A stretch of 61,861 nt of DNA, counting the filler, from Syncephalis fuscata S228 (taxonomy: Eukaryota > Fungi > Zoopagomycota), in NCBI GenBank assembly GCA_025786725.1. It is 5 parts of 5 records of this genome, joined end to end, with 100 filler letters (N's around TTAATTAATTAA, not from the genome) between each part and the next. Parts side by side here need not be neighbours in the genome. Positions count along the whole stretch, not along the records: positions 27,936 to 40,972 come from JAHLTZ010000252.1; positions 41,073 to 54,383 come from JAHLTZ010000250.1; 3 more parts are not named here. One strand, written 5' to 3'. This document shows positions 37,901 through 50,600 of this stretch, piece after piece. Below the pieces are notes generated by a model that was not told the origin of the DNA, did not search any database, and was given only the letters and a program-made list of their open reading frames with translations. Position numbers and translations under genes: made by a program. The number at the start of each line of letters is the position of its first letter. Within the stretch, counting starts at the first letter, position 1.

Positions 37901-40900
37901 TTTGATACTTTAATCAATTATACTTTTTACTTTTGAAGGTGTATATTCATCGGTTGTATTGAAACTGTTCAAGGTATCTTGGTAAGTGTCGACTTGTGCT
38001 CGGTGTACAATAATCTGTAACCCTGGAATAGTCAGGACTATTTGTTATTATTGCTGCGCCATTGGCCACTCACACGCATACAAGTCAGCCTGGTATGCAG
38101 AGTGTAGTGCCGGGCCTGATTTATTTGTTGTTTGCCATTCATCCTTTCATCCATACTCTCACACATCCACACCATGTGCCATTTTACACTATCCTGGTTT
38201 TACAACAAATTTAATTTGTAAAATTTGTTGCTATCCCCGCTCTTTTGACTATAGGAGTCATTTTGACTTGTCTACTGCTTGGCACTTGCGTGTACTGTCC
38301 ACGTAGACAATGGTCGCACAACAGACTCACAACTTGAACGCTTTGATTTTTGTATTCTTTGTACTACTACTATTTTCGAGGTGTATAGTTTTATGTCCTC
38401 CAATGGTCATGGGGCATTTGTGATCGAACACGCCGACCCACTAAACGACACGCACACACACACACACGCACGCACGCACGCACGCATGACAACTATGGTT
38501 GGTTGACTGCCTAATTTGTCTTTGTTAGTAAATGTATGACTTTTCCTTTCCTTCTCCGCCCTCTCCTTGTCCTTGCACGTTCATGCATGTGCTTTGTCTG
38601 CCGATCACTCTACCAGTCACAATTGATAATAATAGCATGTTCATGTGTACATGTGAATTTCATATTATTAACGATGACATTACACTGCTTATTGTTACAT
38701 ATCCTCTACTTAGATTCAAGTTCATTATTCAAAATTTTAGTATATTGGTGTTGTCATTGACGCCAATATCGCGTGACATCTTTCTTATCCGATACAATAC
38801 TTGACTATACCGTTGATTCAATCTAAGGTAAGCTACTGAATTTGTTTAAGCGCATATCCATGATACTTGAGTCTGTCTCCTTCTATTGGTGATGTTACCA
38901 TGTGGTCATCTACACCTTCCTATTGTGTACCGTTTTGCAATTCCTACTATGGCAAGCCATGTTAATGGCATTGTCCTATTTTGTTAATTGGATTAATTTC
39001 TGGGCGTCTGTGTAGCCTTTGCTGTTGCGGCTGTTCAATTCTACTTAATTGGGCTTTTGTTGTGACTATTTCATTTATTTTCGATTTTAAGTAAAAATGG
39101 CAATAACAGCACGTGGAACAGCCACGATGTTTATTTAACATGTGCCTATCGGCTATCATGTAGTCATTTCTTCTGGTCTAGATGATCAGCCAGCACACGC
39201 CATAATGCATGTAAACCATCAATAGTTATCTATTTTCCATGCTTCTACAGTGCTTTATTTTTTTGCTTATCATTGCAAGCTATCAAAGATATTATCAATC
39301 ATTATTCCTTATTTGAATCTGTTTATTTTAAAATGTTGATACAATAATGGCCATGCTTTAAATGTAATTATTTGGCAAGGTCTAGCCTTTAAAGCTAGTT
39401 GCATTAGTACATTAATTGTACAAAGGAACGCACGGTGCATACAATTTTGTGTTACCGTCTAGGTAGTACTGGCTTCCTTGAAATATGTCATTTGAATATG
39501 TGCATTTACATTCACACCGGTTATCCAGCAAGGTGCATTCTAATACAGTACATTTTATCATTCTTATCCCCGCCACTATAGCTAACTACCATCGCTGTAA
39601 TGATAATGCTGACATTAACGATGGCTGGCATTTGTGATGATACTGATAACGATTGATAGCCATGATGATTATCATGGCTAATAATCGTCATAGCTAATAG
39701 CATACGATTAATGTTATTAATTAACAATTAATAGTGTACCTGATAAGCATGTGAATATTTGGAATCAAGGGCGAGACCAAGGGTCTATTATAATTTATTA
39801 TTTGATATCACACACACACACACACAGCACACATACATATTTACATACATTATGTCGTTTGAGGTATGCCTTGCCCCTCTTCGCACGCACACCTGCATGA
39901 CCAGATGTTATTGAGTTATGTTCGCGTGTTTAATATTTGCTACAAGCCAACTTTTGGTTTAACGTGGCTATCGGCGATCTTTTGCATGTTCCATTTGAAT
40001 TGGGATAATAATGGCACGAGTTGAAGCCACGTTTAAGTGTACAAGTGTGCACCTATACTTAGCGATAACACTATGTATCAGTTTTTGGTTATTCCTAGCA
40101 AAGGAAAGGCTTTGTACGCCTAGCCATTACTTTGTTTGGTGATCATTCATATTGGCAGTGAAAGGACGGCTATTATTATACAAACTAGTTGATTTTCGCC
40201 TTTTTCGCTTGCAAAGACCGAGGGGGGGGGGCGGCACGAATGGTAAGCGGAGTGAACCCAATTCGAGCATGACTTTTCACAACGCCTTGCCCTGCCTTGT
40301 TCGGCCGGTGCGGATGAAGTTCCAAGCCCCCGACTGCTAATTTCGTCTATTGTTTAATACTTTTATTTTTTTATACACAAACACGACATACAAGTTGAAT
40401 GACTCCCACGCGCGGACAGATTACGGCTGAAACCGGCAATTTTAGTTTGGTTTGGTCTACTTGAAAAAATAGTGTTAATTTACTAGCGCGTAAATACACC
40501 ACTATCATGCCTACTGTCTGTGCGTGGCCGCACGTGTCGATAGGTTGTAACAGCCATGACCTCCTATGGCACGTTGCCAATGTGTTTTTAAGCGTTTAGC
40601 CGGGCTTGGATTGAATCTGCCAGATGCAAATACGAGTTGTGGTCTTCCCATGATGTTTTTCTCTCTCCCTCTCTCCCTAGTCTCCACGCGTGCTTCGCCT
40701 TGTTGCCGATCCGTTCCTGCTTTTGGACTGACCGGTTTCGTTTGTGCGCTCTCTTTACTGCTTTCATTCTCCGATGACGAATTTACTTTTTAAAGATACA
40801 AAAACTCCGCCACTCTCGTTTCGCCTATTGTTGTCCATCTTTATTTTCCTATTATTACTACCTCATTCTCACTCACTCGCTCGCTCACTCCTATTCACAC

Positions 40901-40972
40901 CACAAAACAACAATCCCACTCACGCTTCTATTTATTCTAGTTCTTACTATCCATTCTCCGTTCATCTATTTC

Positions 40973-41072
40973 NNNNNNNNNNNNNNNNNNNNNNNNNNNN
41001 NNNNNNNNNNNNNNNNTTAATTAATTAANNNNNNNNNNNNNNNNNNNNNNNNNNNNNNNNNNNNNNNNNNNN
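40973..41072. other. Artificial linker
   Basis: N44-TTAATTAATTAA-N44. Confidence 0.97.
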
Positions 41073-41154
41073 TTTAACATTGTTATACAATATAATTGAA
41101 GCTATTAGCCATTTAGTATGATTTGATGTTAAATGACTAGATTTAATAATATTT

Positions 41155-41457
41155 GGATTTGGATTTATTAGCTTAAGTGAGACAACGGTCCGTAGGACCT
41201 AACCGCGCATTTGCAGCATTTGTCTGCCACCCCTAGGAGAATAGACGGTTCATTTCGAACCTATCCGCGCGCAACGCAGAACCTGCCATCTACAACTGAA
41301 ACCGTTGGTGGCTCTCCTCACGTGTTGGAATATCGACCATTTCTTCTACGGAAGGATCCCATCACGCATTTCCTGAAAACAAGATTCGAACTAGGCGAAC
41401 CAACATTTTCCTACTTTAGGGAAGACGCGTTGACCGTTTAGGCCACCACGCCTCCCC
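41155..41457 (-). mobile_element. tRNA-derived SINE, family B (303 bp)
   Basis: 20-bp TSD GACTAGATTTAATAATATTT at 41135-41154 and 41458-41477; minus strand begins GGGGAGGCGTGG; A-box-like TGGCCTAAACGG; B-box AGTTCGAATC; (AAATCC)n tail. Confidence 0.88.
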
Positions 41458-42019
41458 GACTAGATTTAATAATATTTATTTTATTGAACATGGCGATGGA
41501 TGGTGAGTGCCATTAAATATCCAATTATACTGATTTGAGTACTTACAAAAACAACACATGGATTAACATTATTATTACTATTATTTATCTATTTGTTATA
41601 TTTTAATAATGCTAAATACTATTTAGCATTTATTAATACTAATATCGAATATTGAAAATAGTACAGACTGATTCATTCAAACTAATTCAAATGTAGCTGA
41701 CATAGCACTGTTTTAACAACAGTTCTTTGTGTTGAAAACTGATTGGCAGTTTTATTACTATTATTTTGTTAAAATGGAATTACAAGTTCATTATTATAAG
41801 CCTGCACAATCGAATAGAAGCAACCAATTGTAAACTTGTTGATAGAATAATTATTTTATTGATTAAAGTGCATAAACCGGAGCATTGGCCAATATCTGGT
41901 ATATAAGTCGACTGAACGGCGTAGTTGCTAGATGCTTTTGCTTTTGACGAATATATATCTAAAGTGATCGGGATAGCGGTTTGGTTGCACTATCAATGCT
42001 AATGTCTTGAGATAATTGA

Positions 42020-42217
42020 TTATCCACACCATTCGCGACATTCCTTATAACGGCATTTGTCGTAGTCAAGCCTCCACCAACGAGTGCAGTCTTTAATGCA
42101 AGCTTTGCAATCCGCAGGCTTAATTAAAGATGAATCTGGTTTAGCATCCACCATGGTGGCTGTAGTGGCTATCAAAGCCACAACGACGGTGCAAACGACG
42201 GCAATAGAAAGCTTCAT
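42020..42217 (-). CDS. Small secreted Cys-rich peptide (65 aa)
   Basis: Signal peptide MKLSIAVVCTVVVALIATTATMVDA; ~40-aa mature part with 6 Cys. Confidence 0.8.
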   Translation of the reverse strand: MKLSIAVVCTVVVALIATTATMVDAKPDSSLIKPADCKACIKDCTRWWRLDYDKCRYKECREWCG

Positions 42218-42498
42218 AGTGATATTAATTTGTTAAAACAAACAAATAGAACAGGCAGTAGAGTATGTGATATAAAATGTATAGTAGTGTGTGTTTGGCA
42301 AGAAGTAGAGTGATGATGATATCGCAGTTGGTTGTGTATATTTTGTGGGCTATTTAAACTGATGGTTTACTGAGATGCTAGTATACTGTAGTATATGAGG
42401 TACACTATTGATGTGTAATATGAACCAATAGAGCAATCCAAATAATGGTTTAAGGTACACATGTCCAGTAGATTCAGGGTGTGATAGTGTGCTTCCTA

Positions 42499-42604
42499 GG
42501 CTTAATTTCAACTTGCTCTGTCTTGATTTAATCTGTCCGGTCTTGATTTTAGCCTGTCCGGTCTTGATTTTAGCTTGTCTGGTCTTTACTTTAATCTACC
42601 AGTC
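42499..42604. repeat. ~21-bp minisatellite (GTCTTGATTTTAGCCTGTCCG, about 5 degenerate copies)
   Basis: Direct reading. Confidence 0.8.
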
Positions 42605-43870
42605 ATGTACACAAATAACATAACAACGTTCATAATCCAGTACATATGTGATAAAAATAGTCATACTAGCCTGTATTTTTTGTTATACGATTTAGCTATT
42701 TGGTAAAAGCAGGTATATTGTTTGGCTTTGTAAAGCGATAATGATGTTTTGCTGCCATTTCCACTGATCTGGTCCTCAATATCTGCATACATACAAAAAT
42801 AGCACACAATACTGATACAAAACAAGTTTAATATATCAAACTGGTATTTTATACAGGTTTTTACAGCCATACATGGGTCAGCCATGATTTTTAAATTATA
42901 AGTGTTGATTGGTACATGTATGCATTTCATTCGACACTATACCCATTTTATGGGGCAATAGTTGTTTCAAATTCACAAATGCATCACATCCAGACATATC
43001 ATGCCACATGTGCAACTACGATCATTCAAACGACGGTTAATCTAAGTTATCTGAAGCTGCCTATACAATAAGTACTGTTTGTAGGATGATGCACCATGAA
43101 ATTCTGAGCAATGAAACATTCCAACAAGTTATTTTTATCAGTTTTTCAGCTGTAGACTAAATTGCATTGGTTAAATTATACGCAATGCGATATGTGGACA
43201 CTAAACTAGACGCTGTAGAAAGTCCTACCCAAATATCAGCAATTTCAAGTGCATAGTAGCTGTGGATTGTATATCAATTGGCAATCATCCAAGGCCTAAG
43301 TACTGCTTACATTTCTGAAACCAACTCTGACAACAAGTTAAACAAGATGGAGTGTAGAAGAACAAGCCGAAGCAGAACCAATAGAAAAACAATTAGAAGC
43401 TTGAAGGTTTACTGGTTTAACCTACAGCAAACCATTGTAGTTATGCTAAGCTGGACTGCGTTTATCATAAAGTTGACTGTTGCTGATGCAACCAGAACAG
43501 CAGCAACGTCAAATTGAGATAGCGCACAGAAAACAAAGAGTCATAAATAAAATTGAATCAATGAGTTTAGTTTGTAAATAGTTTATTATTGTCACTATAA
43601 TTTATAATCCTGGTTGTTTGTATAAATAAATATTTACAATCACGTTGTAACTTCTTATATACTCACATGTACACGACCACCAACTAAGCCAACTATTATA
43701 AGGCTTAATCTAATTATCTATCAGAGTAAGCAGCTAACATTATACATTATTGCAATAATAGAAAACAGATTAATTCTATTTATTGCCCATTAACAAAAGC
43801 TGTATAGCTATATTAAAATAAAACAAAACATTGGATTGAGCGAGTAATATTTATATGATCAAGTCATTTT

Positions 43871-44465
43871 TACTTTGACTCCCACATTTTGAGTTCTTAA
43901 AGTAAAATTCATTTTAATTAAAGTCGCACTATTATGCACAACACAATTATATTACTTCCTATTAAAATATTGTTAATAGATTGATTTGAATAAAAAATGT
44001 AACATACTAGTTGATTTCATTGAAACATTTGAGGTCGATTATTATTGTTGTTGGCCATGTGTAGAAAGATTGATTGAATATTAATAGAAGCCATATGATT
44101 GCGATTCCACATCGTTCCTCATTACTTCTGTTGCTTGTTTGTCATACTGCACATCAAACTGCTATATAGTCTATTTCTTTTCTATCTTGTTTCTGTTTAC
44201 TTGAACCACATTTGCATATTGTAACAATCATATTTAGTAATCGCAATTATTTTATTCTTTTTATACTTGTAGACCACTTCAGCAAATATGTTTAACAATT
44301 CAGTGTAAAAGCCTTTTATTTTATTAAATGTTATTTCAACTTCAACTAATACCGTAATGTGTATATTTAATTACACATGAGTTGATTAATGTTGGATGTA
44401 ATATTATACATGTTATAGTGATGAGTGAATGTTTAATTGTATTTAAAAATGTGGGAGTTAAAGTA
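43871..44465. mobile_element. MITE-like relic with 20-bp TIRs
   Basis: TACTTTGACTCCCACATTTT (43871-43890) versus AAAATGTGGGAGTTAAAGTA (44446-44465), 1 mismatch; related motifs near 33500 and 45010. Confidence 0.55.
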
Positions 44466-45164
44466 CAGTAGAAACATTAAGGCCATTTAATACTAAAGTT
44501 GTTGTTATAGAGCGTACTGCCAATAAATTAATGAGTGTAATAGGAGATACAATCAAAGTCAATGCTTCTTAAGACAAGTGTAGCCATAGAAGGTGTCATT
44601 ATTGAAATAATGAAATGTAATTATATTCTAAAAGATGGATCAATAAATCAATAATTTAAATGAATGAATAAATAGTGCGATGTTAATGCCAGCAGAAACA
44701 TGCACAGTATATTCAGTACAATGGCCAGTGGTGAACCAAGCCCTTCTGATTTCTTACCACCTGCTATTATAAGAAATCAAACTGACACTGTTGCATCAAC
44801 ATTACAATCAAATGTAGCATTTTATTGTAAGTAGCATGAAATACTACTTAATATCTATTTTGATATTGAAAATTGCGCAGATTAATTGACACTAATTAGT
44901 TCAATCGGAGTTGGTGGCACTGCTTCAACAAATAGCATTTTCCAATAGTAAAAACTGATTGACGGTTTACTATTCGAGTTATGGATCTTTTTATCCTAGT
45001 TTGAAGTTAAAGAGTCAAAGTACAGTAGCTTTGTTTATTAATCAAAAAATAATGAGTGCTATTCAGTAGACGCTACACATGAATGGCAGTGTGTGGTCCA
45101 CAGTGTGACGTTGACTATAGACAATGCTACACTCATTCATTGATAATAAGTAGGGTCATTTCTA

Positions 45165-46082
45165 TTATTGCTCGTCAGTATCATCCACGACCCAGTCCAT
45201 GGTAGATGGCATAGAGATTCTGATATGTCTAATAGGCATGTCAGCCTCTTCTTGCACCTTGAATTCGGCGGCCATTGCTGGTTCAACATCATCCTTAGTC
45301 TGTGCAGTCTCTACTGGCTCCACCTCCATCTTGGAATGAAAGGCGGGATGTGGGTCAATGAAGGGCAATTGATTCATTTGACGGCCATGATACGGGTGAG
45401 ATGGCTCGTCTCTTGAAAAAAAGTTAAAGAATTTACCGGCTGCACCAGAAATACCGGCACCAATACCATTTTCAAACATCGATCTTGATTCATCGTGATA
45501 TGATGGTGGTCGATTTCTCTCCTCTTGTTCCGCTTTGGCACGCTCCGTGTCTAAAATAAATCGTTCATTTGGATTATAGAATGGATCTTGGTTAAAGAAG
45601 AAGCGCTGTTGCTTCATAAGATTCATTCGGTCTTCTTCCGCGTCCTCGTCGATAGCATCTTCACTGGCGTCCATATCTTCTACGGCATCGGCATTGGCAT
45701 CGGCATCGGCGGTAGCAATGAGTGCTGCATCATTCTCGCTGACCGGAGCCAATGGTTCAGGACTGGTAAGAGCCGGTGTAGTGGATGGTAAACTAGCTGG
45801 TGTTGGTGGTGTAGCTACTGGTGCAACAGGTATTGGTTTGGCCACTACTGGAATAATAGACATGAGTGGTGTTAGCGAAGGTACTGCTGAATCCTTGTTA
45901 GGTACTACTGGGGCGGCCTTTTTCTCCGTGTTAACACCATGTTTGGGCATCCATGCATTCAATTCCAATGCATTTGGAGAAATGGACTGCAATAGCCGAT
46001 TATCAATTGGTGCTGCCTCAACGCCATAACTAGTGGCAGCAATTAATAGTAAGGTGATGTAGGTAATAGCTTGGGAATGCAT
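45165..46082 (-). CDS. Secreted hypothetical protein (305 aa; Pro-rich, then acidic)
   Basis: Signal peptide MHSQAITYITLLLIAATSYGVEA; intronless ORF. Confidence 0.8.
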   Translation of the reverse strand: MHSQAITYITLLLIAATSYGVEAAPIDNRLLQSISPNALELNAWMPKHGVNTEKKAAPVVPNKDSAVPSLTPLMSIIPVVAKPIPVAPVATPPTPASLPSTTPALTSPEPLAPVSENDAALIATADADANADAVEDMDASEDAIDEDAEEDRMNLMKQQRFFFNQDPFYNPNERFILDTERAKAEQEERNRPPSYHDESRSMFENGIGAGISGAAGKFFNFFSRDEPSHPYHGRQMNQLPFIDPHPAFHSKMEVEPVETAQTKDDVEPAMAAEFKVQEEADMPIRHIRISMPSTMDWVVDDTDEQ

Positions 46083-47675
46083 ATTGGCTATTCAAAAAGC
46101 GTCTAGAAGCAGTCAAATGGATAGTGTAATTGAGCACTTGTGTAGTAGTATTTACACCACAAACTAGGTGCTAATATATAGAAAAATGGATGCATAATTT
46201 GAGTATCGTGTTGGTTACCAGTAAGGGTTTGTTATGTTCATACCAAGATTGTTTATCCCTTACAATTTGTAAACATATAATATACATGAATTGTTAGGGT
46301 AGCACTAATTTAAGGAGTGGCTTGGAAGTCGGAATGTTATGTTTAGACGATCGAATTGACTTTTTTACAACTATTTTATTAGTTCAGCCGCTATTGTTTA
46401 TACTATTGCACAGATATTTTTCAAGTGATCTTATTAACAAAATGCTTATTGAAATAGCTAAATTATAACTTATTCAATACATCAATAAATTATCATTATT
46501 AATTATAATGTGTATGTATTATTACATTCATAATCATTTTTTAATTTATTCATTTATTGTTTCAAGCTTAATAGTGGATTAAGCTATTAATCAGAACTTT
46601 AATATAAGTACTCAACATACTCAATAATATCATAAATATCTAATTCACTATCTTTCAATATGTGTTATCTAGAATATCCATGACAATTTAACCATAAGGG
46701 GCAAACTCTAATCGGTTAGACCCCGCTTGCATTAAGCCCCTTGGATTAAATCATAGAATCAGTATCAATTCTAACATAAATGGTAAACTAGCTATTTGAT
46801 TCTATTCCTTTTACTAAGGTTATGCGGAGTTTTTAACGGCTGGGCAATGAACATGGCATGAGTAGTTAAATCGTAAATATATTAGTTAATTAATATTTAT
46901 GTTAATAGTCTTAATAGCTATATTACCCAATAATATTTAATATTCATTTTATAAATAGACACACACACAGCAATTATTTTTAATTCTGCACACGCTTATC
47001 TATTGCAAATCAACCACTGCATCTCCTTGCTGCATCGATATGCACTATTGGAATGCAGTCATTTACCACTAGTCCAAATCCACTCTAGCGCTTTAATAAT
47101 AGCTGTATAGTAGTTTGAAGTAATAAAACTAATCAATCAACAATTGTTCATTAGATCCTAAATTCTAATTGACTATGCTTATTACCAATCATCATCATCT
47201 ATACAGGTTGTAGTCAGGTGAGCTGAACAAATAAATCGCAATGACATCATAAATCGTCTTTATCGACATCGAATATCAACTCCGCAACTGCAAAAGGAGT
47301 CATGCGACTGCTGTACAGCCTCGATATCAATCTTTGGTATCTATAAACAAGGAGCGCAGATTAGTACGACATAGTCAGGCACGTGTCGGCCATGTTCCAT
47401 GACGGATAAATCGGCACCATAGTAACACACATATTATGGCGAAGTTTTGCGTGTTCGCACTTTCTCTTTCCTACTTACTTCTTACGCTTGCTCGTTCGTT
47501 CGTTCGTTCACTCCTCGTCCACTTACTCTTTGTAGGCGGTAGCAGCTATAGCTATTGTGTATTGAAACACCTTGCTCATTCGCCTGCACACACACACCCA
47601 CACCACACCTGTAATCGTAGTCATAGTCGCTTTTTCAAGCCTAGCTTTGTATATTCCGGTACCTGTCCCAATAAC

Positions 47676-50600
47676 ATGCCTGAACAACAACAACAGCAGC
47701 AGCAGCAGCAGCACAGTGACGAAAATAAGTCTACACCAACGCCGCCGTTATCTTCGTCGGTGCCGTCTTCACCTGCGGCGGTACCTGCCTCGCTTGATCC
47801 ATTGCAAGAGCTGGCCGCGCTACGACCGGAGCGTAGTGATTTCGCCCTCCATGTTCAGCGTGCCCAACGTCGACTTCGTAAAGCAGCCTTTACACGCTCG
47901 CATTATAGTGCCCACGGCCAAGTACATGCCTGTAAGTGGGCTATAGTATATAAATAGATGGATAGATAAAAGCTAATATGATATTAAATGTATTTATTAG
48001 CGGATTTCCCTGACTATTCACTGCCACAGAATGATCTTCGACAACAATCTGTAGCCATTGGTGGCCTCGAGATTCGTATGCCAGGCAATAATGGTGATCA
48101 TCGTATAAATCGACCCATATCAGCTGGTGATGGCCTTTCCATTTCTATGCCAGTTCGTATGAATGACGACTATCTACCACTGCGTAATTATGCCACTTCT
48201 GATGCCGTCACTACCTCCCGGCCTAGTCGACTACCTTTTATGCGTACCAACACCAATACCAGTTTACAATCTAATGCCACTACAGGTAATCTAGACGATA
48301 GTGTAGGACGGGAGAGGCGCACAAGTGACTATTGGTGGCAATTTCCCGGTCTATTATCATCAAGTGAAAGAACGAGAACGCGAGTAACACGGCCTGGTGG
48401 TGGTAATGGATTAGACACGCATGATGATACATCAATCGATAGCGATAGTGATATTGGTATACAAGATCAATTGGATGAACAAACCGATAAAGCATCGATG
48501 GAGGGTGACTTTGAGGACGATGTCATGGGTCATGGCTATGCTGATTATGTTAATATATCTGGATTGGCCGAGACTGAATCGGGTGAATTCCATGACGCGA
48601 TGGAACGAGCAGAAAGAAATCCACTATTAGATGCTCATCCAGGCTATGCCGGCTACAATGCTATTAGTCTGCCGTGGAATCCACGGGGTGCTCGTAAAAC
48701 ACGCAGTAATACACCCGAAGTATTAAGAACACTGGTTAAATCGGCGCCCGCAGTTATTGTTGGTACCATTATCAATGTATTAAATGCCGTATCTTATGGT
48801 TTGTATAATTAATCTATATTTAAAAGCTACTTATTTATATATGTATTTTTTATTAGGCATGATTATATTTCCATTGGCTATAAGCATATTTTCCGATTTT
48901 GCACTAGATGGTGTGGCATTATATTTAATCAGGTTAGTAAAGTCTTTAGCAATAATAATAATAATAATAGAAATGGAAGTTAATACATTAACGATTAACT
49001 AATAACTATTCAATTGTTACTGTTATAGTTCAATTGTCTCTCAGCTTGTCTATTCACTAGGTGGTAGTGCCTTTCCCGGTGCAGTAGGTGGTATGATTCT
49101 TGAAGGTAATATAAACAGATGTAAATGAATAATATCTAATAAATTTGATTTGATTTGATTTGATTTGATTTGATTAGTGGCACCATTTCTACACGCCATG
49201 TAAGTAATACAATAGCAATAAAGTAATTAGTTAATTAATATTAAACACAATCTATTATCAATCTAGTGCGTTTATTGTACTTGAAGAAGTCGGTGACAAA
49301 AATCCATCCGTAGTTACTGCTACTACTATGATAGCCTACGCAGGTAGCGCTATTGTTACCGGCATTGTATTCCTTTTAATGGGCTATTTAAAGTAACTAT
49401 AACATCCTATTTGACTATCCTGTATTAATAAGATTGATAGTTGGGCTCGTTAATTGGATTCTTTCCACGCACATTCTTGTAGGATGCATTGGTGGTGTAG
49501 GATGGTTTCTTGTACAGACTGGTATTGAAGTAGCCTGTGGCGTTAATCTAGAACATGACTCATGGTCTGAACTATTCACTTCACGGGCTATTCCTCTCTG
49601 GTCAACTGGTGTATTATTGGCTATCACACTGCAAATGCTACTACATCGAACAAATCACCCACTTACCGTACCAGGATTTCTTTTATGTATTCCTCTAGTA
49701 TTCTATATAATATCTGGCTCATTAGGCATTGATATGGATCAATTACGCGAGAATGGCTGGCTATTTAAACTACCTAGTCCAATGAAACCATTCTATGAAG
49801 TCTATCAACGATTTGGTAAGTATTTAAATCACTGGTTAGTTGTTGTTGTTGCTGTACTAATATTGCATCTAGACTTTACTAATGTGCAATGGTCGACACT
49901 GCCTAAAACATTCCCAGCCATGCTTGCTTTAACATTCTTTTGTAAGTGTACAATCACCATCAATTATAATTAATTAACCAATTTGTATTAATAACCTTAA
50001 TAGCTATATTGCACGTTCCTATCAATGTACCGGCCTTGTCAGTTACCATTGCTCAGGATGGTGTTGATCTAAGCCATGAACTATTGGCTCATGGTGTTTC
50101 AAATATTCTATCTGGCCTATGTGGATCTGTTCAAAGTAAGAAACTGGCTACCATTACAATGCAATACTAATGGATCAATCAATCGTTTAAATAGACTATT
50201 TGGTCTATTCTAATAGTGTATTATTTATTAGATGTGGTGGTAATAGCCGGGTGGCCGGTATTGCTCTAGCCTTGTGCACTCTAATGGCCTTCTTCATGGG
50301 TCCAGCCATGATTGCTTTTGTGCCAGTCATTGTAGTGGCAAGTCTTATTTTCCATCTTGGTATTGAGCTGCTTAAAGAAGCACTCTATCATCCATGGGGT
50401 CGTGTTCATCCCTTGGAATATGCCACTATGGTTGCCATTATCCTATCAATGGCCACAATTGGATTTATTGAAGGTGTCTTGGTAGGTAGCTTTTTGGCCT
50501 GTGTCTTCTTCGTTGTGCTCTACAGCCAACGACGTGCCGTAAGACGATGGATGACGGGCGGATCAGGCGGTGCCCGTAGTGCCGTAAGACGACCAGTACG

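Noticed and set aside
42499-42604. CRISPR-like array
   Set aside because: Contiguous degenerate repeats without spacers, in a eukaryotic context.
44700-44960. Short exon-like segment with a GTAAGT donor
   Set aside because: No recognisable product or continuous frame; at most a gene relic.
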